From contig OZ024741.1 of NCBI GenBank assembly GCA_964016885.1, forward strand, positions 61,194,001 through 61,258,000: DNA of 64,000 nucleotides, given 5' to 3'. The notes under the pieces were generated by a model, which saw nothing but the letters and a program-made list of their open reading frames with translations, had not been told where the DNA came from and made no database searches. Below, one piece after another: positions 50,416-64,000 of the stretch. Numbering within the stretch: position 1 is the first letter of the stretch; the number at the start of each line of letters is the position of its first letter. The stretch is from Eledone cirrhosa. Taxonomy: Eukaryota. The position numbers and the translations under genes are program-made.

Positions 50416-52321
50416 AGAAATAGCAGCTTACCTTAAACATGCACTTCTTGTCCTGGGTGAGAAGACAAGCTCTACCTGTGTTCAGTTTAGCCACCCTTGC
50501 CATTTCATGCATCACTGCAGGGTATAACTTCCAGTTGTTTTTCCTGGAGCCAATTCTAATCACAATGACAGAAAAAGAGAAATATATGAACAGAATAAAG
50601 ATTGATAATAATTCTTTCTGACATTGGCACAAAGCAAGCAATTTGGGGGAAGGAGAAAGTTAATCATATTGACCCTAGTGCTTAACTGGTACTTTATTTT
50701 ATGAAACACAGAAGGATGGAAGGAAAAGTTGAACTTGGTATGATTTGAACTCAGAATGCAAAGAGCTGGTACAAAATATCACAAAGCATTAGTTCTGATA
50801 TATGAACAATTCTTTCTGTTCACGGGCTTAATAATATTAATGATGATAATGATGATGGTGATAATAATTGTTTCTACTTTTGGCACAAGGCCAGCAATTA
50901 CCCGGTGTATTACTGGTACTTTATTTTATCGACCCTATAAGGATGAAAGGGAAAGTTAACCTTGGCGGGATTTGAACTCAGACCATAAAGGGCCGTAACT
51001 CTTTGCTGCAAAGCATGGCGTCCGACCCTCTACCAATACTGCCAATCCATCACCATTAGAAGAAGAAGAAGAAGAAGAAGAAGAAGAAGAAGAAGAAGAA
51101 GAAGAAGAAGATTGAACAATTCCATGAAAAAAATATCAACTGATTTCACAAAGAAGTGAGCAGCCGTAGCAGAATTCTTAATCCAAAAGAAGTTTTCCCT
51201 GTAGTTCTCACATTTCCTTATCCAGCTAATCCCAATAGCTTTCTTTGGTTTCAGAAAGAATAGAAAAGAAAACCAAATAAAAACAAACAACAAGAAAAGC
51301 TGCACTTAGTTGGTCTTTTCTACCAACAACAGCTGTCTGTTTCAGATAAATACGGGTGTGTTTAGTACTATTTGCCAAGTACAGAATTCCTCTTTGGATA
51401 GTTTTAAACAGAATCTTTCAGTTCAGTTCTGTTATATTTCCTTGTGCTAACACATTCTGATTGCAGTCGTCAAACACAGAGCTGTCTTCTTATGCAAACA
51501 CTCAAACATACACCCCTTACAAAATGTACTTAACTTGGAAATTGTCAATGGCAGACTGTTTCCATTTTAAACAGGATTCTTCTTATTCATCTTCTTAATT
51601 TATCATTTGAGATTATTTTATTTTATTTTTACTGGTTTCAGTCTTGAGACAGTGGCCATGCTGGGAAACTAGCTTGCAGGGATTTCAATTGATCATATTA
51701 ACCTCAATACTTACCTTTCCAAGCTTTGTACTTATTTTACCAAGCACTTTTTTGTCAAACCCCTAAGTTACAGGACAAACATAAACGTAGACATGGTCAT
51801 ACACATCTATACAGATAACAACCCTCCGCAATTTCCATCAACCAAATTCCACTTTCAGGCATTAGTCAACACAAGTCAACAAAGTAGGATTGAACCCAGA
51901 ACCATGTGATTGCAAACTGAACTCCATAACCACGCTACTTGTACCTATTTATTTATTTTTTCATTATGTTCTGTTTTCCGTCATTATATTTTTATTTGGC
52001 AGTATCGGTAGAGTGTCAGATGCCATGCTTTGCAGCATAGAGTTGTGACCCTTTATGTTCTGAGTTCAAATCCGCCGAGGTTAACTTTGCCTTTCATCCT
52101 TACGGGGTCGATAAAATAAAGTACCAGTAATGCACTGGAGTAATTGCTGGCCTTGTGCCAAAAGTTGAAACATTGTTTACCTATCATCTGTCTGGGAGTG
52201 AATAAAATGAAGTACTAGAAATGCACTAAGATCAATTTAATTGGCTTTTCCCTCCCTTCAAATTGCTGGCCTTGTGCCAAAAATAGAAACAATTATTATA
52301 TTGCGATTATTATTATTTCCA

Positions 52322-52353
<32 letters not shown>

Positions 52354-55300
52354 CATTGTTGTTTTATATTTTATCATTACTATTTACTGTTACTTTTTTT
52401 CTTGGGAGAGAAAACAAGAATTTAGGTTTTGTTAATTGTCAAACACAGGTAATTTGGAAATTTAATCTTTGAGTTGTCTGCTCTGGCAGCTGATGCAATA
52501 TTAAATGTGAAACAGATAAACCCACAGTAATTACTGGTACTATAGCACCAGCAAAAAAAAACAAAAAAAACTAGATGATCAGAGAAAGTTATTCAAACCT
52601 GCAAAATGGTAATATCTAAATTCAATAAAATATTCTTACATATTAAATTATACCTTATCAATAATAAATATGATTTTCTATGTATGCATTTGCAAAGTTT
52701 TCTGGCTTCAGAAAATATAACTATTGTACTTAAGTATTAAAGTAAGTAAACTTAAAAAGTCAAATATGCTGTTTGCAAGTTCATATCATTCCCTCATCAC
52801 GAAAGAAATTTTAATTTTTAATTATAGATGATTTATGATGCTACACCTTAGAATAGAGACTAAGGAGTATCTGAGAAGTGATAAAATCCAAATTCTTTGA
52901 TTTGGTAATCGCTACAATTTTGAATCTTATTGAAATTGATGTGCTGAGCTGTTTCAATCATGTATCAGCTTATTCATCATGATCATCATTTAATGTCCAT
53001 TTTCCACGCTAGCATGGGTAGGACTTATTGGTTAATATCTCATTTTTTGGTCAATTAAGTTTGTTTGAAATGAAATAAATTGCAAGACAAAATATATTGG
53101 TGTGAGTTCGAATCATTTGCATGTCAAAAATGAAGTTTTCTCTTTTTATACTTTTGTACACATTGATAACTACATTATGAAACCTATGCATGCACTTAAA
53201 CTACCAGAAATACAGCCCTCAGAGTGGTAGTTCTGATAGTTATACTATATATATCATATAAAATGATATCCTATCCTATCATACCGTATTATATATATCC
53301 TACCATATTATAGTGTGTGTGTGGTGTGTGGGGATGCAGCATGACTGAATGGCTAAGAAGTTTGCTTGATGACAATCATAAGGTTCCATGCTCCATCCTA
53401 CTGTGTGGCATCTTTAATAAGTGATATTTAACATAGAATGAATACACTCTACTACATGTATTGAGTACTTTTTCATTTTAGTTTAGTAACGCCAAAGATA
53501 TAACACACATATAACCATGCTAGTTTAAACAGAATAAGCAAAGAACTTTACAAATAACTAATACAAAGATATAAAGATATTACGAATATGAACAGTATTC
53601 AAACAATCTGCACCTGTGGTTTGAATATAATGCTTGGTGATAAAATGTATCTAGTACACTCTGGATGTGGTTGGCATTACAAGGAGCATCGAATCATAGA
53701 GACAATGCCAAAATATAATTATTTGACCTGTCTTATCTGAGACTATGACAACCTGTCCAAACCATGCCAGCATAGAAAACAACTGTATAATGATGATTAT
53801 CAAAAGCCACATACATCTGAAGAAGCCACAAGGATATAACAGCCAAAACATTGTGATTATAACAATTAAGATGAAGAGACTAATCTGTATATATCAGCTT
53901 GTAATAGTTTAATCATTTCTTAGAAAGTCATTCATGTTATAAACAACTGCTTCCAGCAATATTCTCCACATTTCTGGAATAAAATATGGCTGTATGGTTC
54001 AGGATTTCACTTTGGTTATCGGTTCAGTCTCACCGTGTAGCACTTTGGGCACTTGGATTCTACTGTAGCTTTAGATTGACCAATGTCATGTGAGTAAAAT
54101 TTGAGAGATAGAAACTGTGCAAAAGCTTATCATATATCTCAGTATCATCATCATCACCATTTTAGGTTTGTTTTCATTGCTGGCATGGGTAAGATACATG
54201 CAGTTAAAGTTTATGGAATAAACTATTTTCAGAGTTTTAGCATTGTTTTTTATGTTTTGGTTCCCCTTCCTATCACCGACCACTTTATAGCAGTGACTGG
54301 ATATATTTTATTGTACTCCCAGCACTAAAGGGGTTGACTGTCAGGACTAAAGTGACCTCTCTACATTGAGTCAGGTTTTTATTCAGAATCACTGCTCTCA
54401 TAGACGGGTATCCTCATCTACTCCATGCAAATATTTATTTGGAGTTACTGCTCTACTTGATAGGTTGCCTTCACTATGCTTTGCTGAGATCTTTTCTTCC
54501 TCATACAGGTTTTATTTGAAGTAACTACTCTCATAGACAGGTTGCCTTCACTGTTGCCTGTGGAGCTCACATCTCCCCAATATATATATATGTGTGTGTG
54601 TATGTGTGTGTGTATGTGTATGCGTGTGTGTGTGTGCATATGCACATTTGTGATTCTGTGTTTATGTCTACACATTTCCACCATCATCCTGTGGCCTCAG
54701 CCAAAATAGATTCAATGATGGATCACCATGTAGATCTGTCACTCAATGCATTGCCTAGATCTCAAACATCACTACCAGAGTCTCTGTCTGTGACATTTGG
54801 ATAGAAGAGACTTCTGACCTCTTTGGCTTTTGACGAATGTTGGTTTCTAAAGCACTAAAGAATATATAGCTTCATTTGAGGCATGATGGCAATGGCCTCC
54901 AAATATCATCCTTCTCTTTTGCACAATATCAGAAATACATGGGGAGTTTTATGTTATCTCCAATTTATGTGTTGCGCCAGACTAAGCAAGGATTTATATG
55001 TTCTATGAAGGTGTTTTGTTGTTTGATATGTCCAAGTTTGACTACCATAAAGTATGACGTGTTTTATTGTAACTTGGAAGTCTATACTTTCTAAGAACTG
55101 GTGTTGCTTGTTTATGATCTGTAACTTAGTAGCTCAACAAACAGATGAATGAAATATATTACTGGGGCCTATACTATCAACTTAACAATTGAAGGTGGTG
55201 CCCCAGCATAGTCATGGTCCAGCGACTGAAACCAGTAAAAGAACAAAAGAGTAATGTATTAAAACAACATATAAAATATAGATACTCACATTGCCACCCA

Positions 55301-55653
55301 CTCCCTACCCCAAAAATAACAATAAGAGAAGAAAAACTGAGTAGTTAAATTATTAAATCTATTATAACATTAGATTATACTTACTACAAGACAATAACGA
55401 TGATTCAAAATAAGAAATTAGAGACTTATAATGTTTGTATAACATTCTAAAAACTGCCAGAGACTGAAAAGCTAACACAAAGGGAAAAAAAGTAAGAAAA
55501 CGAATTTTTATTTTTTATTCTTAAAATTCTGTTTCAAGAATTGTTTAAATTTACATACTTCAATTCGATATCTCATTTATCTTCAATTTATTCAGAAGCT
55601 TTCATTGGTGCACTTTCTTAAAAATAGGAGATATATAGATAGAGAGAGAGGGG

Positions 55654-55684
<31 letters not shown>

Positions 55685-58611
55685 AAACTAATTATATATA
55701 TAGAGAGAAAACTAATAATATATTTCTTCATTGTACTGTGTCATTTGCATTGTTATTTCTGTTTGCCTTTTGCATATATATATAGAGAGAGAGGGGGGGG
55801 GGAGAAAATGATAGATTGGTAGATAAATAGACAGAGAGTGATAGAAAGAGAGATTCATAAAAAAAATAGATAGAGAGGGATATAAACATACATACAGACA
55901 TAGAAAGAAAGAGTGGTGTATTTGTGTATATGTGTATATATATATAGAGAGAGATGGAGTTTTATTTTTGGGTTTATTTTTCTTCAGTTTCTGAAAACAT
56001 CTGAAATAACTGTTGTCTGTTAGTTATTCAGGAGGAAGAATATTTTCATTTGTTTGTATCAAAATAATGGTTTACACTACTATAACAATCAAATAATGGT
56101 GCATAGCCTAATGATTGGGGTGTTGAACTCACAATCAAATGGTCATAAGATCGATTCCATTCCTGTAGTAGGCAGTGCATCACGTTTATATGCAAGGCAC
56201 TTCATTTGAAATTGCTCTTTTCGTGATAGGACTGGGGCCTATCATTGAAATACCTGAGAAACATCCTATGAGATTAAACTTCATAGGAGGCTAGCTAAAT
56301 CTGAATAGGTGTGAGCTGTAACTACAACATAATAGGATTGTAGTCCTTATCATTAAAACACCCAAGAAACCTCCTATGATATGCAGCCTCCGAGGCAGTC
56401 AGCTAAACCTAGATAGGTATGAGCTGTCAATTTCATACTTTTCATTTCAACAATGATACAGAGAACACGAACAATCAAAATAATGGTAATGCTGCTACTG
56501 AGAAGAATTGTTATTATCAACATTTTATATTAGCTTTCCATGCTGGCATGGATTGGATGGGTGGTCACATTCTGAGACTAAGGTCAGAGAGATCTCATCC
56601 TGCTAATACATTCCATATTTTGCATGGTTTTTACAGCTGGATGCTACTCTTAATGCCAAACACCTTACATATTGTACTGGATACCTTTTAGTATGGCACT
56701 ACCACTTTACAAAATCATACGAAGTGCTTTTTATTATGCCACTAGCACTAGAGAGGCTGTCATATGCTTGACCAAGTTGGAGAGTCCTCTCTTATCAATA
56801 TTGATTCCATTTGATTGCCATTTACAAAGTGTACTGGATGCATTTTATTGTGACACCAATGCTACTAATTTACAGGGTGTTCTGGGTGTATTTTAACAAT
56901 ATAACAAAAACATTATCTCCCTCTCCCTCTTACATCACTGAGTAAATAAGATATAAAAATATTGCATATTTAAAATCAATCAATCAAGTTAAAAAAACCC
57001 ATTCTTTTCTATTTTTTAATATAAATATTTTATTCTATATTTTTCTATTATCTTTTTCCTTTTCAAAATTACCATGAACACCATCATCACCACCACCACC
57101 ATCACTGTCACCACCATCAGCACAAGCATCACAAATATATATTTTTTTTAAAGAATGTCTGTGATGACCTGTGATGAAAGTTTGGCATGACTGTGTGGTT
57201 AAAATGTTTGCTTAACAACCATGTGGTATTGGGCTTATTCCTACTGCATAGCACCTAGTTCAGATATCTTCTACTATAGTCTTGGGTTAACTAAAGCTAC
57301 ATGAGTAAAATTTGGTAGAGAGAAACTGTGAGGAAGCTATATATATATATATATATATAATGACTGCAACTGATACATAAGCATGAGCATCATGCACATG
57401 GCTTTTTAGTCCTGCTAATTATCTCACATAACATTGAATCTATAAGATTTTTATGTTATTTCTTTTGAGAACAATACCTTAACATCAGTTTGAGCAGCCG
57501 GTTATGACCAGTTTGAACAGAAAGAGTTGAGAGAATTTTGGCTGGATATAGCCGGTTTAAATGCTAAAGGTTTAAAGAAATTAAACTCTTCAAATATATC
57601 AATTCTTAAGCAGGATTTGGCAGTGATGGTGGCAGAGATCACTGTTTCTTCTTCTGAACCTCTTCCTCATTTTCGAGGGAAGTGCTGCCTTCCAAACAGT
57701 TTGTTGAAAGGTGGGTGAATGGGGAAGTTATTGTGTTTGTTTTAAATGTTTATTTTCTTAGTCTCCTTTATAAATTTTATTTTACACAAAGAAAAACCCA
57801 CACTGTATCGTCATGTGATGTCTTTAATGTTTCCTTAATGTAAGCCCTCTGTGGCTAATAAAGAAGAAGCCGCCGCTGTCATCATCATCATCACTTTTAT
57901 TATTTTATTATTATAAACGAGTTTGGTTTATCTGCTGAATATTTGTGCTTGTGTTCTTGCAGTGAATAAAGAGGAGGAGGAGGAGGAGGAGGAAGGGTTG
58001 CAGTTGCCATCCCCATGACAGCGGCCTGTACCACCAACATCATTATGCAGTTTCACTTTAGAAAAAAAGAATAACTAGGAAGAATTTGTCCATTTTTATT
58101 TATTTAACAGTTTTGTTGTTGACTTGCTGCTTCTCAGCAGTCATTATGGATTCAAGCCTAAATTCCATACCTATAAAGGCAACTTACTTTGGAATAATAG
58201 ATGCCATGAAAGAAAACCATTATGGAGGATTGAATAAGGTGAGAAGATTCTTCAAGACCCAAAAACAAAAAAATACAAAAAAAGATAAATGTGTGTGTGT
58301 GTGTGTGTGTAATATGCATGTGTGTGTTTATGTGTATGTGCGTGTATATATATATATATCATCATCATCATTTTACATCCGCATTTCCCTGCTTGCATAT
58401 ATATATATGGATATAGAGGGAGAGACAGAAGACTAGAAAAGTCAACTAAAGAACAAAAACAACAGCAATAGAATATTATCTCAAGTATGACTTACACAGA
58501 TATTCTTCAGAACTGAGAAGAGAAAACTTTTAACAAAATAAAACACAGCAATCAAAATATGAAAAAATATTTTCTGCATGGTCCAAGAGACTTGTGCATT
58601 AACATAAGAAC

Positions 58612-59160
58612 AGGGTAGAGCAGATCAGTGGAGAGTGTGAGTGCAGAGCAATGGAGAGTAGTGTAGGGCAGAGGAGAGCAGAGCAAGGAAGAGGAAAGCA
58701 GAGCAAAGAAGAGGAAAGCAGAGTAAGGAAGAGCATCGCAGAGTAAGTGAGAGGAGAGCAGAGTAGAGGCGAGCAGAGTAGAGGAGAGTAAAGCAGAGGA
58801 GAGTAAAGCAGGGGAGAGCAAAACAGAGGAGGGAAGAGCAGAGGAGGGAAGAGCAGAGCAGTGGAGAGTAGCATAGGGTAGAGCATAGGAGAGCAGAGCA
58901 AGAAAAAGGAAAGCAGAGCAAGGGAGAGGATAGCAGAGTAAGTGAGAGGAGAGGAGAGTAGAGGAGAGTAAAGCAGGGAAGAGCAAAGCAGAGAAGAGCA
59001 GTGGATAGCAAAACAGAGAAGAGCAGTGAAGAGCAGAGCAGGAGAAAGCATAGCAGGTGACAGCCTAACAGATGAGATCAAATAAGAGCAAGTAAGAAGA
59101 GAGTAGGGAAGAGCAGAGCATGAGAGAAAAGAGAGGAGAGCATAGTAGGGGAGAGGATTG
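58612..59160. repeat. Degenerate pentamer satellite (AGAGC/AGAGG/AGAGT)n with ~200-bp higher-order duplication
   Basis: GCAGAGTAAGTGAGAGGAG at ~58738 and ~58933; GAGCAATGGAGAGTAG / GAGCAGTGGAGAGTAG at ~58646 and ~58856. Confidence 0.85.
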
Positions 59161-59324
59161 CAGTGTGGTGGGGGAGAGATTCTAGTCTCATGATCCTCTA
59201 CAATAATGAAAGGTATTGTAAATATAAATAAAATACACTCACCTTTTCCCAAATGGCTGAAATTATAAAGAAAAATATAGAAATATTATATTATTAAATA
59301 TGAGATTATTTTCACACATAATAA

Positions 59325-59852
59325 TCTAAACTATAATAAAGGAAGGTCTGCGGGACTGCGTACGGTTTATTTTTTTTTATCCGATTAGTAAAATAAGTTG
59401 GATTACTTTGAATAACTAATGAATGAATATTACATAATTTATCTACTAAATTTCGTAAAAATAAATAATTTAAAATTGACTTCTTTTCAAAGTTGCACTT
59501 CCGGTATATCGTTGTCACCACCACCACTTCAACTACCATATATATAGAAAGAGAGAGTGTGTGATGTCAACACTTCCGATGGTGATCACTTAAATAAACA
59601 TACTAATTTTCTGTCACTAATTTTCTCCTAATGCAGTTTATATATAATATCGTATTTTTTTAATGTATCATAGATTACGTTACTGATTACAGAAGACAGT
59701 GTAACAACGTCTTCGTTCAATTTCTGTTTATATTTTCAATTACAATTTTATTTGATGTATCATATCTACATGTATATATACTTGCGTATAATATCAATAT
59801 ACACACTACACATGCTAACAGAAAACCACCCAAAGGGTGGTTTTTCTGCTAG
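59325..59852 (+). mobile_element. Non-autonomous Helitron
   Basis: A|TCTAAACTATAATAAAG ... AGAAAACCACCC-AAA-GGGTGGTTTTTCTGCTAG|T; homolog of 16354-16970 without the SINE insert. Confidence 0.82.
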
Positions 59853-60102
59853 TATATAATCATATAGTGTACATATAAATGTAAGGTGGTCATGTTGGGG
59901 ACATGACAGGGACACCCAGTCCACTATGTGGTCATATTGGCGGCATGACAGAAAGCGTCCAATCCACCCTACAGTGTGGTTGGGTTAGTGACATGACAAA
60001 GAGCATAAGTCTGCCCTGGAAGGTTGCACAACCCAAGCACACAGTTCACAAAAACAACATGGTGTAAGACAGAACAAAGGAGAGACACAAAATATCAAAT
60101 TA

Positions 60103-60145
60103 GTCACTGAAGAGGTCACAGAATATGTGACAAAAGAGCTTTGAC
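60103..60145 (+). ncRNA. Degenerate hammerhead motif (related remnant at ~4835-4873)
   Basis: GUCA-CUGAAGA-G-GUCACA-GAAUA-UGUGAC-AAAAGAGCUU-UGAC; the G of GAAA is missing. Confidence 0.45.
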
Positions 60146-62421
60146 AATAAACAAATAAACAACCATTCGGTTATTAAAATAACCAACCGGAAGTTTATTA
60201 TAAATTGATAACTTTATAGTGTTGGCTGGGCGATTTTTGTCATGTTGCCATTACAACTACATTATAGGGTGGGCTGGGGACTTTGTTGAGAGAGGTGTGT
60301 GCGGATTGTGGAGGTGGGTATTTAGGCATGTCTGAGAGGTAGAGTGTTAGGACATGGGAGGTAATGGAAGAAGGAGCACAATAGATGTATGCTTCAGCCT
60401 GTGCTCATGGGAGGTGTATGGAAGTGTGGGGTGGGATGGAGGTGAAGGTGGTGTATACTATATTTATACTTCAGCCTGTGCTCATAGGAAGGTGGGTCTT
60501 CCATATGACTGCATAATGCCAGAGATCTCAGTCTTATGTTATTGCCTTTGAAAGACGTAGTTGAACAAGATCAGCTTTTATCCATTCAAAGTTTTCCTCG
60601 GTCTTCCCACTCTATAGATGCCATCAACTTTCAGCACTCTGCTGTATATATAGTGAAAATAGAATTAGGAGCTTTCACTGTATATTGACTACAGAAAATA
60701 GTCTAATATTAGTGCAGATGAACCCTCATAAGACAAAAACTGGGCATTAGCATGAAGTTTGTGTCAAACCTTTCAATGACCCACCTTGATAAATCTCCTG
60801 AAAGTCCTACAATGATGAGAGAGGGGTGAAACGGCAGGTGAAATATGTCACTGGAAGCTGCAGTCTCACATGTACGTGTTGGCAGTTCAGGCAATAGGTC
60901 ATGTGATGCTGACTTAGAGACAACAGTTTCTCTCTGAACGTTCAGGCAGCCCTCTTTAGGGAGAGCACTGCCTGCTCCACTACTTACACTCCAACAAAAA
61001 ATGACAGTTCACTGCCAACAAATCAGATCTGGCAGAAATAACTATCTTAATTGATTGAGATGGCAAATTCTGTTACTTTAACTTGTGAAACTGCAGTAAG
61101 GGGAAAGATTTGTTAAGCCCTCTAGATTTGGGTTACTTGACAAGACATTTACTCCTGGGGTGATATACTTATAAGGTTTCTTTATTTTAAAGAACTTTAC
61201 TATGATCTTCCATTTGGTCAATTCTGAGCCTTATTTGAGATAGTTCTATATTTGTATTTATAAACTTCTCTGAATTATATTCTAGGTGATATTATTCATT
61301 GAGATGTAATATATATTACTGATTAATTTTAAAATATGTATCATCTTTTAGCATCCACTTTTCATGTTATATGCATACATACATATACACACATGTACAT
61401 TCTGAGGTGACAGGTGACAGTCACTTCGAACTTTCAGCTAATGCTTCATTTGGCTTTGGACATATATCATGATCATCGTCTCTACGTCCATTTTTCCATG
61501 CTTGCCTGGGTTGGACGGGTCCTTTGTAGCACAGCATCTCTCCACTCACCAAATTTCTTCATCATCTCCTCTGTGAGCCTCAGTGATTTGAGGTCAGCTT
61601 TCACCACTACAGCCCAGGTCTTACTCGGTCTACCTCTACTGTGGCTTTCATCAACTGGCATTTATATATATTTATTAAAATAACAGATTAAAGTTTAAGC
61701 AAAGAATTGCTTTGGATTTTAGACTTCATATTTATTATTATTACTATATATATCATCATCATCATCATCATATATATATATATATATATATCATATATAT
61801 ATATATTATATATATACACAACTTCTTTGTATATATCGATGTTGTTGTATTATTATGGCAACATGCTTTTGGTCACTTTACTTTTGGTGTCACACTTTAT
61901 TAACTTTCTGTGTTTACTCTGGGTGAAAACATATTAACTTCTCACACATTTAGTGCTTTCGTGACTGCCTCTAATAATTTGATTGGTATCTTCTATACTA
62001 CTAAACTTTGATTTATACCCATTATTATTGGTGAATTGGCAGTATCGGTAGAGGGTGGGACGCCATGCTTTGACGCATAGAGTTACGGCCCTTGCCATTC
62101 TGAGTTCAAATCCCGCCGAGGTTAACTTTGCCTTTCATCCTTACGGGGTCGATAAAATAAAGTACCAGTAATACACTGGGTAATTGCTGGCCTTGTGCCA
62201 AAAGTAGAAACAATTATTATTATTAACTTTGCCTTTCATCCTTACGGGGTCGATAAAATAAAGTACCAGTAATGCACTAGGTAATTGCTGGCCTTGTGCC
62301 AAAGTAGAAACAATTATTATTATTATATACATATATATATATATATAAAACAGTGTGTGTGTGTGTATGTGTGTGCATCATCATCAATTAACCTCGGTTT
62401 TTGCTGTTGTACACACACATA

Positions 62422-62452
<31 letters not shown>

Positions 62453-62473
62453 TTAGATACATATATATATATG

Positions 62474-62511
<38 letters not shown>

Positions 62512-64000
62512 ACAGACACACATACTCACATGCATACACACATACACATTGATACAAACACACACATGATAATTGTTGTTCAATTTACATGAACTTAGTA
62601 TGAGTCCTAGTTCTGTTGGCAATTCAAAGAGAACTAATCACTAACGACTTTTGTTTGTTTATTTTAATGAAGATATTTTCCTTTTTTGGTTTTATTAAAA
62701 TAATCATTTTTATTTATTTCCATTAGTTTATTTGTTTTCCAGTTTCTTTGTAAAATAGAGAGAATGAGTGACATAGAGAGTGAGTGACGGTGAGAGAGGG
62801 AGAGAGCAAGAGACAGGGAGAGAAAGAGGGTAAAAGAGACAGGGAGAAAGAGAGAGTGAATGCGAGACAGAGTGAGGGAGAGAGAGAGTGACAGAGAGAG
62901 AAAGAGAGATATTTCCTGAGGCAGGGATTGAAACTATTAACTATTTAAATTGTAACTACTACTATTACTGCTACTACTACTACTGCTACCACCACTACTA
63001 CTACCACCAACAAACTCTATTGGTAGCAATTTTAACTACTCAGTTGTGGTCCTGCAAGGGATAAATAAACAAATAACAACAACAACAACAAAGAAAGAAA
63101 GAAAACTTAACAGTTTTTTTGGCAAAGAACAAAAAAAAAATCATTTTAAAATGATTAGATAATTTTCTTCTTTTTTTTCATACATTTAAAAAATTATTAT
63201 TATGACTATTATTATTATTATTACTATTATTATTATCAAAATGTAGTTGTCTCAATGTAAATGACTATAACAAAAATCGATCATTATAAATAATAGTTGA
63301 TAAAATCATCCCTGGTTTCATAGAAGTGTGGTAAATAAATATATACATATATATTAGGTCTGAACATAATGAAATCAAATTCCCATTGTCACTGCCTCAG
63401 TCTTTCTCACACTCCCCATCTCTCACTATTATAAGCAAATGGAGGCCTACACGCTGGCCGCCCAGTGGCCTCAGCAGACAAAATAGAGAAGGTGTTTCCC
63501 CAGAGGATGGTGAGGGAGATGCGAAGCTGTGTGAAATACACCTGGAGATAGAAAAAAGTGGACAGAGATGTCTGTAAGGAATTGATCTTAAAACCTTTAA
63601 ATGTTGTGGAAGTTCAATGACTATTACACTAAGGGATCCTTGAGCAATGTTGCTGTGCTTTAGAAGATTTTAAGCCTGTAGCTAGAAGTGTCAACATTTA
63701 CTTGACTGAAGAAATGTTGAGAAAATTTGAAATGTAATTATCGCAGTGTAAATGACTCTAAGGATATTCAAACACTATGAAAATATTTAAGAAAATTGGA
63801 TAGAGTACTCTTGGGGTGAGTACACTGTACCCACAATAGCTGACAATGGAAAAACTGTGGGAAACTAAATAAGAACAACTTTCCATCCCCTATACATCAT
63901 CATAAACTGAAATCGAGATACAAATTATTGTTCTTAAATGCTTGTAGTTTATGCAACAAGATACATCTTTTTGATTCTTATTACAGCTTTATTACAGAAA

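Noticed and set aside
58552-59252. Leu/Ser-rich ORFs up to 217 aa
   Set aside because: Pentamer satellite lacking stop codons on the pyrimidine strand; open in all three frames.
60805-60840. ATGATGA..GAAAC hammerhead or C/D box
   Set aside because: No C3, no stem II or stem I pairing, and no terminal stem.

Overview
AT-rich, repeat-saturated eukaryotic DNA, most likely intronic or intergenic. The SINE families and extreme (TA)n/(CA)n load suggest an octopus/cephalopod genome (inference). Nearly all ORFs in the supplied track are microsatellite artefacts. Real coding remnants are all from transposons: Penelope-like elements (PLEs; Neptune-like and Naiad-like RT/GIY-YIG), RTE, Dong/R4 and CRE-type LINEs, and two mariner fossils. 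There are also two copies of a non-autonomous Helitron, MITEs and many tRNA-SINEs. One 200-nt candidate host exon lies at 34888-35087 (-). The main unexplained signal is a dense set of type I hammerhead ribozyme (HHR) motifs: about 14 with readable cores plus degenerate copies, usually with a palindromic stem III. Several lie in ORF-less 430-545 nt units arranged as partial tandems with fold-back inversions and inserted in (TA)n. These look like retrozyme-like, PLE-dependent non-autonomous elements. In one copy the fold-back junction falls exactly on the predicted ribozyme cleavage site. In another locus a Helitron splits a hammerhead in two. All structures were read by eye; no folding program or database search was run.
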